Shown one piece after another: positions 1-8,428 of a stretch of 64,000 nucleotides of DNA. Made by a program: the position numbers and the translations under genes. A model generated the notes under the pieces. That model was given only the letters and a program-made list of their open reading frames with translations. It had not been told where the DNA came from and searched no databases. Each line of letters opens with the position of its first letter. Position 1 is the stretch's first letter. Origin of the DNA: a virus (taxonomy: Duplodnaviria; Caudoviricetes); the IMG/VR virus record IMGVR_UViG_3300028634_000502, positions 37,231 through 101,230 of that record; one strand, given 5' to 3'.

Positions 1-170
1 ATCTCTTCCTCTATTTTATCTTCATCATCCACACGGCTAATGCTCCTGTTATGGTTTTTATCTCCAAATATTTGGCAGATATCTTTTCCAACAAACCAAG
101 GTGCATCATTAATTAGCAGGCTCCTAACATCACCAAATTCTTGGCTGCTAAAAATTTGTAATTTGCTCAT
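1..170 (-). CDS. BRO-N domain phage antirepressor (5' part; runs off the window)
   Basis: Manual translation MSKLQIFSSQEFGDVRSLLINDAPWFVGKDICQIFG, a typical BRO-N start; ATG overlaps the upstream gene's stop (ATGA). Confidence 0.85.
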   Translation of the reverse strand, partial: MSKLQIFSSQEFGDVRSLLINDAPWFVGKDICQIFGDKNHNRSISRVDDEDKIEEE

Positions 171-598
171 TTTTCGCCTCCCGCTAATACTTGCTTCATA
201 AAACTACACGCCATTTCCGAATCTCGCTCGATGCGTTTGGTTTCATCCAAAAGATAAATATCTTTAGGCATTTCGTTTAGAACTTGTTGTAAGGAGATAG
301 CAAACAATTCTGTATTTCCTCTTTGATAATCACTGAAATGTCGATGCAGTATTAGTTCATTTCCCCAGTAATTTGTGTGTCCTTGGCTTAATGCCAAATC
401 TCCAACAGCTGCGCTTCCATACCTTTCAGCCTGCCTCTTTAAAGCCATCAACCTACGATACGGATTCTTGGTGCTGCCGATTTTTACCGCATCACCCCAC
501 TCGAGGATGTAGAAGAAACCAATATAGTCACTGCTTCTTGACTTTTCGATCTCTTTCAAATGGCCAAACTCTGCATTTTTGTAAATTTGTAATTCCAC
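167..598 (-). CDS. GIY-YIG-like (T5orf172/MUG113-type) protein
   Basis: GFFYILE...VKIGSTKNPYRRL...ELILHRHF...ELF motif pattern. Confidence 0.7.
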   Translation of the reverse strand: MELQIYKNAEFGHLKEIEKSRSSDYIGFFYILEWGDAVKIGSTKNPYRRLMALKRQAERYGSAAVGDLALSQGHTNYWGNELILHRHFSDYQRGNTELFAISLQQVLNEMPKDIYLLDETKRIERDSEMACSFMKQVLAGGEK

Positions 599-662
599 TA
601 GAATTACCTCCTTAATAATTTTTGGAGGTCTTGACCTCCTACCTGGTAGCCACAGGAGTTGG

Positions 663-1211
663 TCAAATCTGATGGTTTTCTAAAAATTCTTTAAGTTTTT
701 TCTCTGCACGCTTTAACTTTTGGCTGATGTTATTTTCGTCAGCATCGATAGAGCGAGCATATTCACGGATTGGTATGCCATCAATGCGTACTGCGATGAA
801 CATATCCGCCCAATCTTTCTTTTTACCAAGTGCCTTATGTATCCATTGGCAAATATCTTCATACTCGTAGAGGCGATTACGCTCAGCCTCCTGTGAATCA
901 TCAGCGAAGGTATCCATTACATCCGTTTCATCTTCAGATTCATCATCCTTGCGATAAGGAGTCTTCGGATCGCCAAGATGCCTATGAAACTTGCGCCAGT
1001 TGTTGTATTCCTTACTGTTCATAAGGTCTAACATTTCCTGTACAGTCTCACAACGCTTTACTTCTGCCTTCTTTTCTGGCCTTGCCTCTGCAAGACGCTG
1101 CTCATAGTCGATATCCAGCATGATGCTGTAATCATCATCCGGAATATCAATTGTGGTGTAGAACTTGTGGCCGTTTTTGATGTTTTCTTCGTACAAAACT
1201 CGAATCTTCAT
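663..1211 (-). CDS. Phage sigma-70 region 4-like/HTH transcription regulator
   Basis: Start MKIRVLYE after GGAAAGGAA; C-terminal HTH (IREYARSIDADENNISQKLKRA); paralogous to 53287-53859. Confidence 0.75.
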   Translation of the reverse strand: MKIRVLYEENIKNGHKFYTTIDIPDDDYSIMLDIDYEQRLAEARPEKKAEVKRCETVQEMLDLMNSKEYNNWRKFHRHLGDPKTPYRKDDESEDETDVMDTFADDSQEAERNRLYEYEDICQWIHKALGKKKDWADMFIAVRIDGIPIREYARSIDADENNISQKLKRAEKKLKEFLENHQI

Positions 1212-1412
1212 TAAGTATTCCTTTCCGTCCCGGCATTGGGCGGCGGAATACAAAAGAGCCTGCGGTGAAGATGACCACAGACTCCGCTTGTCCTTAAAAT
1301 GGGCGCACGAAATCACGGTGGGTGCATCTTCATTCCAAACACAGTCTTTATCACTGTGTTCTGAACTCTTATGCATCCCGCCGTCCTAATGCGCATCTCG
1401 GACATTGAGATT
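1201..1412 (-). ncRNA. Conserved structured 5' leader (copy 1), putative attenuator/antisense-type RNA
   Basis: Near-identical to 53849-54062; long stem 1316-1383, terminator-like hairpin with U-run 1252-1284, RBS-occluding hairpin 1215-1251. Confidence 0.65.
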
Positions 1413-1661
1413 TTATTGGTTTATAGAGAGAAAATTGATTTTTAGCGAGGAAAAATTCACATCCGCATAAAAAACTTTAGAGAATGTGTAGAAATTTACA
1501 AAATTTTCTGATATACTGGACTTGCTATAGATTTCCAATTTATTTCCTCGTAATCTCTTACTCTCTACTATTAAACTTATAGTAGATACAGTTACCTGCA
1601 AGAGCCTTCAACGGTTACTTTAGTTGATATAGTTACTATTTTTTGAAAAGGAGGGCTATGG

Positions 1662-2537
1662 ATGACTATGAAGAATAATCCGTATCTTTGCGGTGGCACC
1701 TTTTTTGTTCTTTTATTACAAGCAAAAAGGTTAAGACGCAAAGCACGAGATAAATTTCAAGGCGGCACAGATGGCCTTAATGATACAGATGTCATGAAGG
1801 GCCTTATTTATGTAGTCACAGGACAAGCTGTAGACCCATACAACGATTCATTTAAGAAGAACACCTCAGAATATAAGTCCTGTAAATACAATGGCGGTAC
1901 ATACATTCCATTCAATGAAGTTTCCACAATTAATAGCTTTGATAATGCTGTAAAAAACAAATACTCCGACACCCTGGATAGAATGTCGGAGTTCGCAAAC
2001 GACTATTTGATTGTTGAGAATTCAGAAAAAAGAGAATGGCTTATAAAGGCTTTGCTCGATGTCATTGAGCAAGATGTGGAAATCAAAGATGGCGATTTAT
2101 TTTATATTTCCAGCAATGGTGATGCCGTTTCAAGGTCTGCACTATCCGAGATTTCAAACATTGAATTTGAACCGTTCCTTGTAGGAGTACTACACTATAT
2201 CTTATTGAACCGTAAAAACAATGCACTTGGTCGCAGCACATTTGAGTCCTGGCACACCAGGCAATCACCTCATTCAGAATGGGATTTTGTCAGTGATATT
2301 GGCTGCGGGATTACACGCCCGATAACAGTATTCCTAATGGCTGTTAAAAAAGAGGATTATGCTGATTTTGAAGAAACAAATGCAGAAGAAGCACCAGAAC
2401 CGGAAGTAATAATAGAAGATGCTTCAGCTGGATCATCAACACAGAACGTAACGCAGATAGTGAATAACCCCACAATTGTAAATCAGTACGGAGAAAAGAA
2501 TATTCACATAGATCGGGTAGACACTTTAAATCTTTAA
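1662..2537 (+). CDS. Hypothetical protein with acidic linker and C-terminal Q/N-rich motif shared with the next gene
   Basis: 291 aa; RBS AAGGAGGG; ends NNPTIVNQYGEKNIHIDRVDTLNL. Confidence 0.85.
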   Translation: MTMKNNPYLCGGTFFVLLLQAKRLRRKARDKFQGGTDGLNDTDVMKGLIYVVTGQAVDPYNDSFKKNTSEYKSCKYNGGTYIPFNEVSTINSFDNAVKNKYSDTLDRMSEFANDYLIVENSEKREWLIKALLDVIEQDVEIKDGDLFYISSNGDAVSRSALSEISNIEFEPFLVGVLHYILLNRKNNALGRSTFESWHTRQSPHSEWDFVSDIGCGITRPITVFLMAVKKEDYADFEETNAEEAPEPEVIIEDASAGSSTQNVTQIVNNPTIVNQYGEKNIHIDRVDTLNL

Positions 2538-2552
2538 AAGGAGGTGCAATAA

Positions 2553-3194
2553 TTGAAAAATGAACTACAACAGGCACCTTCAAGCATTGTGCCTGCTAAT
2601 CCTACTACTGTTAATCAATATGGTGAGAAGAACGTCCACATAGAACACGCTGATAATATCCATCAGACAGTTAACTATAATTTAACATTCATAGATCGAA
2701 GTCCTAATGGAAGAAGAGAAAATGTCACCCAAAAGATAAATACAGACTACTACAACCTATTCGTTATAAGCGGCGAAACTTTTATGCATGATCATTTTCT
2801 TGTTCCAAAAGACCGTGCCTTAGTCAAGGGAACCATATCCGATGACTTATTTGAAAGATTGGCTGCTCTTACACCGGAAGCTATAGAGGAAATAAAGACA
2901 TTTCCTGCACTATTTGCAAGTGAAAATACGGATTATTGGGGAAAGACAGACCCTGAACAGCAAACCATATATGGACTTGTAAGAGAAATAAGAACCCAAG
3001 ATAACGGAATCATGATTTATTACAAAGATTTAAGTTTCATACCACAACAAAAAATTAATGAGATTTCTTTCGAACTCGGAATGGGTCAATCAAGGGCCAT
3101 AACTTCTTTAAATACAACCCGATGGACAATAAAGAAAATTAATCTCATTGAAGCATTAACCGATGCCGGAATCAGCGTTCTGGCACCAACTTAA
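2553..3194 (+). CDS. Hypothetical protein with N-terminal copy of the shared motif and a globular domain (YNLFV...FPALFASE...TRWTIKKINL)
   Basis: 213 aa; TTG start after AAGGAGGT; N-terminal NPTTVNQYGEKNVHIEHAD. Confidence 0.85.
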   Translation: MKNELQQAPSSIVPANPTTVNQYGEKNVHIEHADNIHQTVNYNLTFIDRSPNGRRENVTQKINTDYYNLFVISGETFMHDHFLVPKDRALVKGTISDDLFERLAALTPEAIEEIKTFPALFASENTDYWGKTDPEQQTIYGLVREIRTQDNGIMIYYKDLSFIPQQKINEISFELGMGQSRAITSLNTTRWTIKKINLIEALTDAGISVLAPT

Positions 3195-3216
3195 TTAAAG
3201 AAAAGGAGGCGGTACA

Positions 3217-5502
3217 ATGCAACCTAAAGTACCTTCTGAAATCACACAGATTTCTCTTAATGATGCCACCTATAAAGACTGTGGTGTTTCCATTCAACCT
3301 ACTCTTGTGAATTTTTTCTTTGGAAATAATGGCACGGGGAAATCTACTATAGCAAAAGCTATAAAAGCCGATACCGGCACAACCTGGAGAACAGGAAAGT
3401 TATCTACAGATTACAACATCCACGTATACAACCAGGACTTCATTAACGCCAATTTGCAGAATTATCACAATATGCCTGGGGTTTTTACTGTAAATGAAGT
3501 TAATATTGAAATTCAAAAACAGATTGAAGATAAAACCACAGAAAAAGAAACGGCGTCTACAGCTTTAGGTATTGCAACTGAGGAAAAAAAGAAAAAAGAA
3601 GGAGCCAATACTGCCTTGTTTTCTATCTTCCAAGATGAATGTTGGGAGAAAACAAAAGACCTCCGTGAGACATTTGACGGAACCCAAACAGGCAAGAAAA
3701 GAAAACAGCAGTTTGCAGAGGCTATCCTTGAGATAAAAACTCCAAAAGAACATGACCGAGCAGCTTTGAAAAGATTATATGATGCTGCTTATGCCTCCGA
3801 TTCCAAAAAATATGATGAGTTTAAAACAATAGCTGATACTTCTGTTCTTGATAAGCTTGGTGGAATCGATATTCTTGGCAAATCTATTGTAAGTAGTGCA
3901 ACTACTCCATTTGCTGAATTCATCAAGGCATTAAATGCAACTGCCTGGGTTCGTCAAGGTCATGAACAATACCGCGAAACTCCCGATAGTAAATGCCCAT
4001 ACTGTCAGCAGAAACTTCCTGAGAAGTTTGAGGATGATATAAAAGCCTGTTTTGATGCTCAGTACCAGAATGATATTATTGCACTTAAGGATTTCTATGA
4101 CACATATAAGCAAAAGGCAAATGAAATATTTGCTCCGCTACAGTCAGTTCCGCAAGACCTTTATCCTGAAATCGAAATTATGCCGTACAATGATAAACTT
4201 GCGGCTTTAAAAGGTATCATCTCCTCAAATCTTCAGCAAATCTCGGCTAAAATTGCTGATCCTTCCATTATTATTAGCATTGATGATACCGAACCTACAC
4301 TTAAAGAACTTAATGACATAATAAATGGATTCAATAAATTAATCAGTGAAAATAACGCTGTCATTGCCGCCAAACCAAAGAAACAGGCTGAATGTAAGAT
4401 AAGTGTATGGGAGTTACTAGCTTTTACTGTTAAAGACGAAGTTAATCGCTATAACACAAGCAAAACAGCATTGGAAAAAGAAATAACTACTTTTTCAACA
4501 CAGATTACTACTAACAAAAGTACTGTTCAGCGTATTACTGGTGAGATTTCAGATCTCAATAGACAAATAGTAAGTACTAAAGCAACCATTGACAGTGTGA
4601 ATACTCTTTTGCGTGATTCCGGGTTTCAAGGGTTTAGTATAAGAGAAAAATTTGACACACCTAATGTATATGAGGTTATTCGACCCAATGGAAGTATTGC
4701 TGAAAATTTGAGCGAGGGAGAACGTAATTTTATAGCCTTCCTATATTTCTATCACCTTGTTCGAGGTAGCGAAACTGCCGACGGGGGTCTTAGAGATAAA
4801 ATTGTAGTCATTGACGACCCTGTTTCCAGTATGGATAGCAGCTCCCTGTTTATTGTGAGTGCTCTTGTTCGTGAAATGATAGATATTTGCCATAACAATG
4901 CTGAAGAAAGAGTGCCTATTGTACAAGGTAACTTTATAAAGCAAATTTTCATTCTGACTCACAATGCCTATTTTCATAGGGAGATTACATACAATCAAGT
5001 AAAGCACTATCAATATGTAAACTTTTATCTCATCTGTAAAGTAGACAATAAATCATCTATTAGACTGTGCGAAAGGCAGAACCCGGACATCCCAACAGAA
5101 AAGATAAATGTTAATCCCGTTCAAAATTCTTATGCTGCATTGTGGGACGAGTATAAGGAGGTAACATCAGCCATACCATTGATGAATGTTATCCGCCGCA
5201 TCCTGGAATATTACTTTTTGCAGTTATGCGGATATGATGGTGCAATACTCCGCAAACGCATCTTAATGGATCACAAAGATAACTTCATAACTCACAAGGA
5301 AGATGGCAGCGAAGATACTACTCAATATCAAATGGCATCTGCAATGCTTTCTTATATTAGTGCAAATTCTATTGGTATTAATGATGGAATGAACTATGTA
5401 GATGACTGCATCGATGTAGTGCAGAGCCGAGAAACATTTGAGATGATATTTACATTTATGAATCAAGAACAGCATTACAAAATGATGATGGGCATCAAAT
5501 AG
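3217..5502 (+). CDS. RloC-like (AAA_13) Rad50/SMC-type ABC ATPase with zinc hook and degenerate HEPN-like C-terminus
   Basis: Walker A GNNGTGKST, coiled coils, CPYC hook, LSEGE signature, Walker B VVIDDP, LTHN H-loop, NVIRRILEYYF. Confidence 0.85.
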   Translation: MQPKVPSEITQISLNDATYKDCGVSIQPTLVNFFFGNNGTGKSTIAKAIKADTGTTWRTGKLSTDYNIHVYNQDFINANLQNYHNMPGVFTVNEVNIEIQKQIEDKTTEKETASTALGIATEEKKKKEGANTALFSIFQDECWEKTKDLRETFDGTQTGKKRKQQFAEAILEIKTPKEHDRAALKRLYDAAYASDSKKYDEFKTIADTSVLDKLGGIDILGKSIVSSATTPFAEFIKALNATAWVRQGHEQYRETPDSKCPYCQQKLPEKFEDDIKACFDAQYQNDIIALKDFYDTYKQKANEIFAPLQSVPQDLYPEIEIMPYNDKLAALKGIISSNLQQISAKIADPSIIISIDDTEPTLKELNDIINGFNKLISENNAVIAAKPKKQAECKISVWELLAFTVKDEVNRYNTSKTALEKEITTFSTQITTNKSTVQRITGEISDLNRQIVSTKATIDSVNTLLRDSGFQGFSIREKFDTPNVYEVIRPNGSIAENLSEGERNFIAFLYFYHLVRGSETADGGLRDKIVVIDDPVSSMDSSSLFIVSALVREMIDICHNNAEERVPIVQGNFIKQIFILTHNAYFHREITYNQVKHYQYVNFYLICKVDNKSSIRLCERQNPDIPTEKINVNPVQNSYAALWDEYKEVTSAIPLMNVIRRILEYYFLQLCGYDGAILRKRILMDHKDNFITHKEDGSEDTTQYQMASAMLSYISANSIGINDGMNYVDDCIDVVQSRETFEMIFTFMNQEQHYKMMMGIK

Positions 5503-5528
5503 ATTTTCTAAAGACTGGAGGTTACAAA

Positions 5529-5732
5529 ATGCGTATCAGCTATAATAAGCTATGGAAGATGCTAATCGACAAAAACATGAATAAGCAGGATTTAAAAGAA
5601 TTAAGTGGCGTAAGTGCCGCCTCCATTGCCAAGTTAGGGAAAGGCGAAAATATCACTACCGATGTCCTTCTTAAAATTTGTGAGGCCATGGATTGTCGCC
5701 TGGAAGATATTTTAGAAACTATTGACGATTAA
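5529..5732 (+). CDS. Xre/Cro-C1 HTH regulator (HTH_26-like)
   Basis: MRISYNKLWKMLID...SIAKLGKGENI; close paralogue of 57246-57467. Confidence 0.9.
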   Translation: MRISYNKLWKMLIDKNMNKQDLKELSGVSAASIAKLGKGENITTDVLLKICEAMDCRLEDILETIDD

Positions 5733-5752
5733 ACACTAAGGGGAATATTTAA

Positions 5753-6715
5753 ATGGCAATTAAAACTTTTTTTGACTTCTGCTCCGGAATTGGGGGTGGC
5801 AGAATCGGTCTTGAGCAAAACGGGCTAGAATGTGTAGGCCACTCCGACACCAGCAGGTTAGCAGATACAACATATCGATTAATGAACGATAACGAAGATA
5901 AAAACTATGGCAACCTTAAAAAATTATCAAAAGAGAAACTACCAGATTTTGATGTTCTTATTGCTGGGTTTCCATGTCAATCTTTTTCGGTTATAGGCAG
6001 AAAAGATGGTTTTTCAGATAATCGTGGTCAAATAATCTTTCATCTGTCTAGGATTATAAATGAAACAAAACCGAAATGTTTCATTCTTGAAAATGTAAAA
6101 GGGCTTGTAACTCATGACAAGAAAAAAACCATCAAGGTTATTATGGACGAATTAACCGGATGCGGCTATCTTGTAGATTTTAAAGTTCTAACGAGTCTCG
6201 ACTATGGCGTCCCCCAAATGAGGCAAAGGGTATATTTCGTTGGTTTTAGAAATGATTTACCGATAGATATTACTGAATTTGAGTGGCCAGAAACTGTTCC
6301 TATGCCAGATTTAAAAAATTACTTAATTGATGAAAACTTAGCTTCTGAAGAACGATTAGAAATTCTTCAATACTACCTCAATAATCCTACAAATCAAGGA
6401 AAGTACACAGTATCCGACATAAGTCAAATGGAAGGAAAAATCATCGATACTCGTATGAATGACCTTCGAATTTATGATGGGAAATGCCCGACTCTGCGTG
6501 CTCAACGTGATGGGATTTTATATGTTAAAAATAAAAAAATATATCAATTAACAGGCTATGAAGCTCTTTTACTGCAGGGATTTCCAAAAGAACATGCTGA
6601 AAGAGTTAAAGACGTTGTTTCCGACCGTCACCTTCTTATGCAAGCAGGAAATGCGATGACAGTGGATGTCATTAGGGCGTTAGGATTCAGTATAAAGAAA
6701 TTTTTAGATTGTTAA
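5753..6715 (+). CDS. DNA cytosine-5 methyltransferase (specificity unknown)
   Basis: FCSGIGG, GFPCQ, ENVKG, QxRxR and GNA motifs. Confidence 0.93.
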   Translation: MAIKTFFDFCSGIGGGRIGLEQNGLECVGHSDTSRLADTTYRLMNDNEDKNYGNLKKLSKEKLPDFDVLIAGFPCQSFSVIGRKDGFSDNRGQIIFHLSRIINETKPKCFILENVKGLVTHDKKKTIKVIMDELTGCGYLVDFKVLTSLDYGVPQMRQRVYFVGFRNDLPIDITEFEWPETVPMPDLKNYLIDENLASEERLEILQYYLNNPTNQGKYTVSDISQMEGKIIDTRMNDLRIYDGKCPTLRAQRDGILYVKNKKIYQLTGYEALLLQGFPKEHAERVKDVVSDRHLLMQAGNAMTVDVIRALGFSIKKFLDC

Positions 6716-6737
6716 TAAAGGGGGGTGTTTATGACAT

Positions 6738-7292
6738 ATGAGCTATTCATATAACGATTATGTGGGAGCTTTCTCAGATTCCTTCAAAAGAGTAAAGGTC
6801 GAACAAGATTATGCTAACCGCATTTCTGAGTTTGTTAAAGAACTAATAGCAGCAAAAGCAGTAGAGGAACATCATCAAAGGGATAATTTAAATGAAATCA
6901 AAAGATTTACAACCGGGTATTTAGGCGAAGCTGCTCTTGAAAAACTATTAGGAATCCAAATTATTGACTGGACAATAGGATATTCAGGATTGTATCACCA
7001 TCCAGATATTCCTGGCTATTCTGTAGGAATAAAAACAGTTGAACAAGGTAAGTTTCCTATTATTTTTAAAGAAAACTATTATCCACAAATTATCTGCATT
7101 CGAAGTTCGAAAATACCAAATCTTATCTTTGTTTGTGGACTTGCCACTAAAGACGTTCTTAATACATATCAGGATACGAACTTGATTTTAGATAGTAATC
7201 TGAGAGCACGAGGAACCAAAACAGGATTTTATGGTTTTCAACATTTGAAACCATTTACATCACTAAATGATATTGAAAAATATAAAAAATAA
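6738..7292 (+). CDS. Hypothetical protein, possible PD-(D/E)XK-like nuclease
   Basis: GEAA...PDI...GIKT pattern; lies between an MTase and an REase. Confidence 0.45.
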   Translation: MSYSYNDYVGAFSDSFKRVKVEQDYANRISEFVKELIAAKAVEEHHQRDNLNEIKRFTTGYLGEAALEKLLGIQIIDWTIGYSGLYHHPDIPGYSVGIKTVEQGKFPIIFKENYYPQIICIRSSKIPNLIFVCGLATKDVLNTYQDTNLILDSNLRARGTKTGFYGFQHLKPFTSLNDIEKYKK

Positions 7293-7310
7293 AATAGGAG
7301 GAACATATTT

Positions 7311-8096
7311 ATGGCTGTATGGGAAGATTTTGAAATAGAATGCACTGAATATTTAAATAAAACTTTTGGGAAGTACGCAAATTTCGTTCATCAAGGAGGT
7401 TCGGACTCAACAGTCCCTGACATTCTGGTAAAAACTAATAAAGGCACATCGTTTTATATCGATGCCAAACATTGTCCTGCCCAATGTGGCCAGTTTGTTT
7501 TATTACCAGACATTTCAACGAATACCTTCGAATATAGCAGATTAAACTCTACCCGTATCAACGTGTATGCACAAAAGATTATGAACCATATGAACATCTA
7601 TTTCGAGGATTTCAAAGAAGCAGGTACAGGCGGAAAAGAAATTGTTTTGGATGACGGCGATGACACATTTGCAAAATGGATTATCAGTACATACAAAAGT
7701 AATGGGGTAAAATATTTTATTACCAATGATTATGTAATTTTGCCGGTAGATGATTTCCAAAGGCATTTTAACGTGTCCGCAAAATACCGTATAAAAAGAA
7801 GTGGATCAAGTAACACTGGCAGAGCACGCATTGTAGAAATAATTAACTACATTCGTTCTCATGGCTATGCAATATCGGATACTCGTACCGTTGGCGATAA
7901 GCTGTTTGTAAGATCACAAGTAGCTCTTCATAATAAACGATTTATTTATCAGGGTTATGAATATATGTTTTCATTAAGAGATAATGAATTTGAAATACGA
8001 AAACTTTCCAATACCTTTAATGCGAATGTTATTTTTTCAATTAATAAAAAACGAGCATCAGGGCTTACGCGGGAACAATTTGCTAAAGAACTTTAA
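7311..8096 (+). CDS. HhaI-like type II restriction endonuclease (probably GCGC)
   Basis: WEDFE..C..YLNKT, SDST.PDIL, FYIDAK, QCGQFVL, YRIKRSGS and LSNTFNANVIFSI match R.HhaI as recalled; convergent with an M.HhaI-like gene. Confidence 0.8.
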   Translation: MAVWEDFEIECTEYLNKTFGKYANFVHQGGSDSTVPDILVKTNKGTSFYIDAKHCPAQCGQFVLLPDISTNTFEYSRLNSTRINVYAQKIMNHMNIYFEDFKEAGTGGKEIVLDDGDDTFAKWIISTYKSNGVKYFITNDYVILPVDDFQRHFNVSAKYRIKRSGSSNTGRARIVEIINYIRSHGYAISDTRTVGDKLFVRSQVALHNKRFIYQGYEYMFSLRDNEFEIRKLSNTFNANVIFSINKKRASGLTREQFAKEL

Positions 8097-8101
8097 AAAT
8101 A

Positions 8102-8139
8102 AAAAATAGGGCAAGCCTAATATGACTTGCCCTATTTTT
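8102..8139. terminator. Bidirectional intrinsic terminator
   Basis: AAAAATAGGGCAAG-N10-CTTGCCCTATTTTT between convergent genes. Confidence 0.85.
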
Positions 8140-8428
8140 AATGTTCTTCAAGAAATTGAATGTAGGTACGTAATGCATAACGATACACACTCAACGTATA
8201 CTGCCCAATGGGCAAATTCACAGATCCATACTGTTTCATGGTATCATTAATACCCTTGTTTTCAAATGCTTTAAAAAGTGTCTCACATTTATCATTGCTA
8301 TACTCTGCATCAAGGTCGCAATTTCCAATTTCACGCTGAATTGCTTTTAATCGTGAAACAATATCACTTTGAACTTTTTTGCTCTTATCAGATTTTGCAA
8401 GCCAATTTCTAAAGTCAACTTCGTTCAT
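8138..8428 (-). CDS. Small hypothetical helical protein coupled to the MTase
   Basis: 96-aa ORF whose start overlaps the MTase stop. Confidence 0.7.
   Translation of the reverse strand: MNEVDFRNWLAKSDKSKKVQSDIVSRLKAIQREIGNCDLDAEYSNDKCETLFKAFENKGINDTMKQYGSVNLPIGQYTLSVYRYALRTYIQFLEEH

Noticed and set aside
1212-1376. N-terminal extensions of the sigma-like ORFs (to 1376 and to 53946) that look conserved at protein level
   Set aside because: The two copies differ by indels that change the frame, and the RBS sits before MKIR; conservation is better explained by RNA structure.
2466-2654. Shared motif as an assembly artefact or a split gene
   Set aside because: The copies differ at most third codon positions and each gene has its own stop or RBS/start, so it was kept as a real finding.
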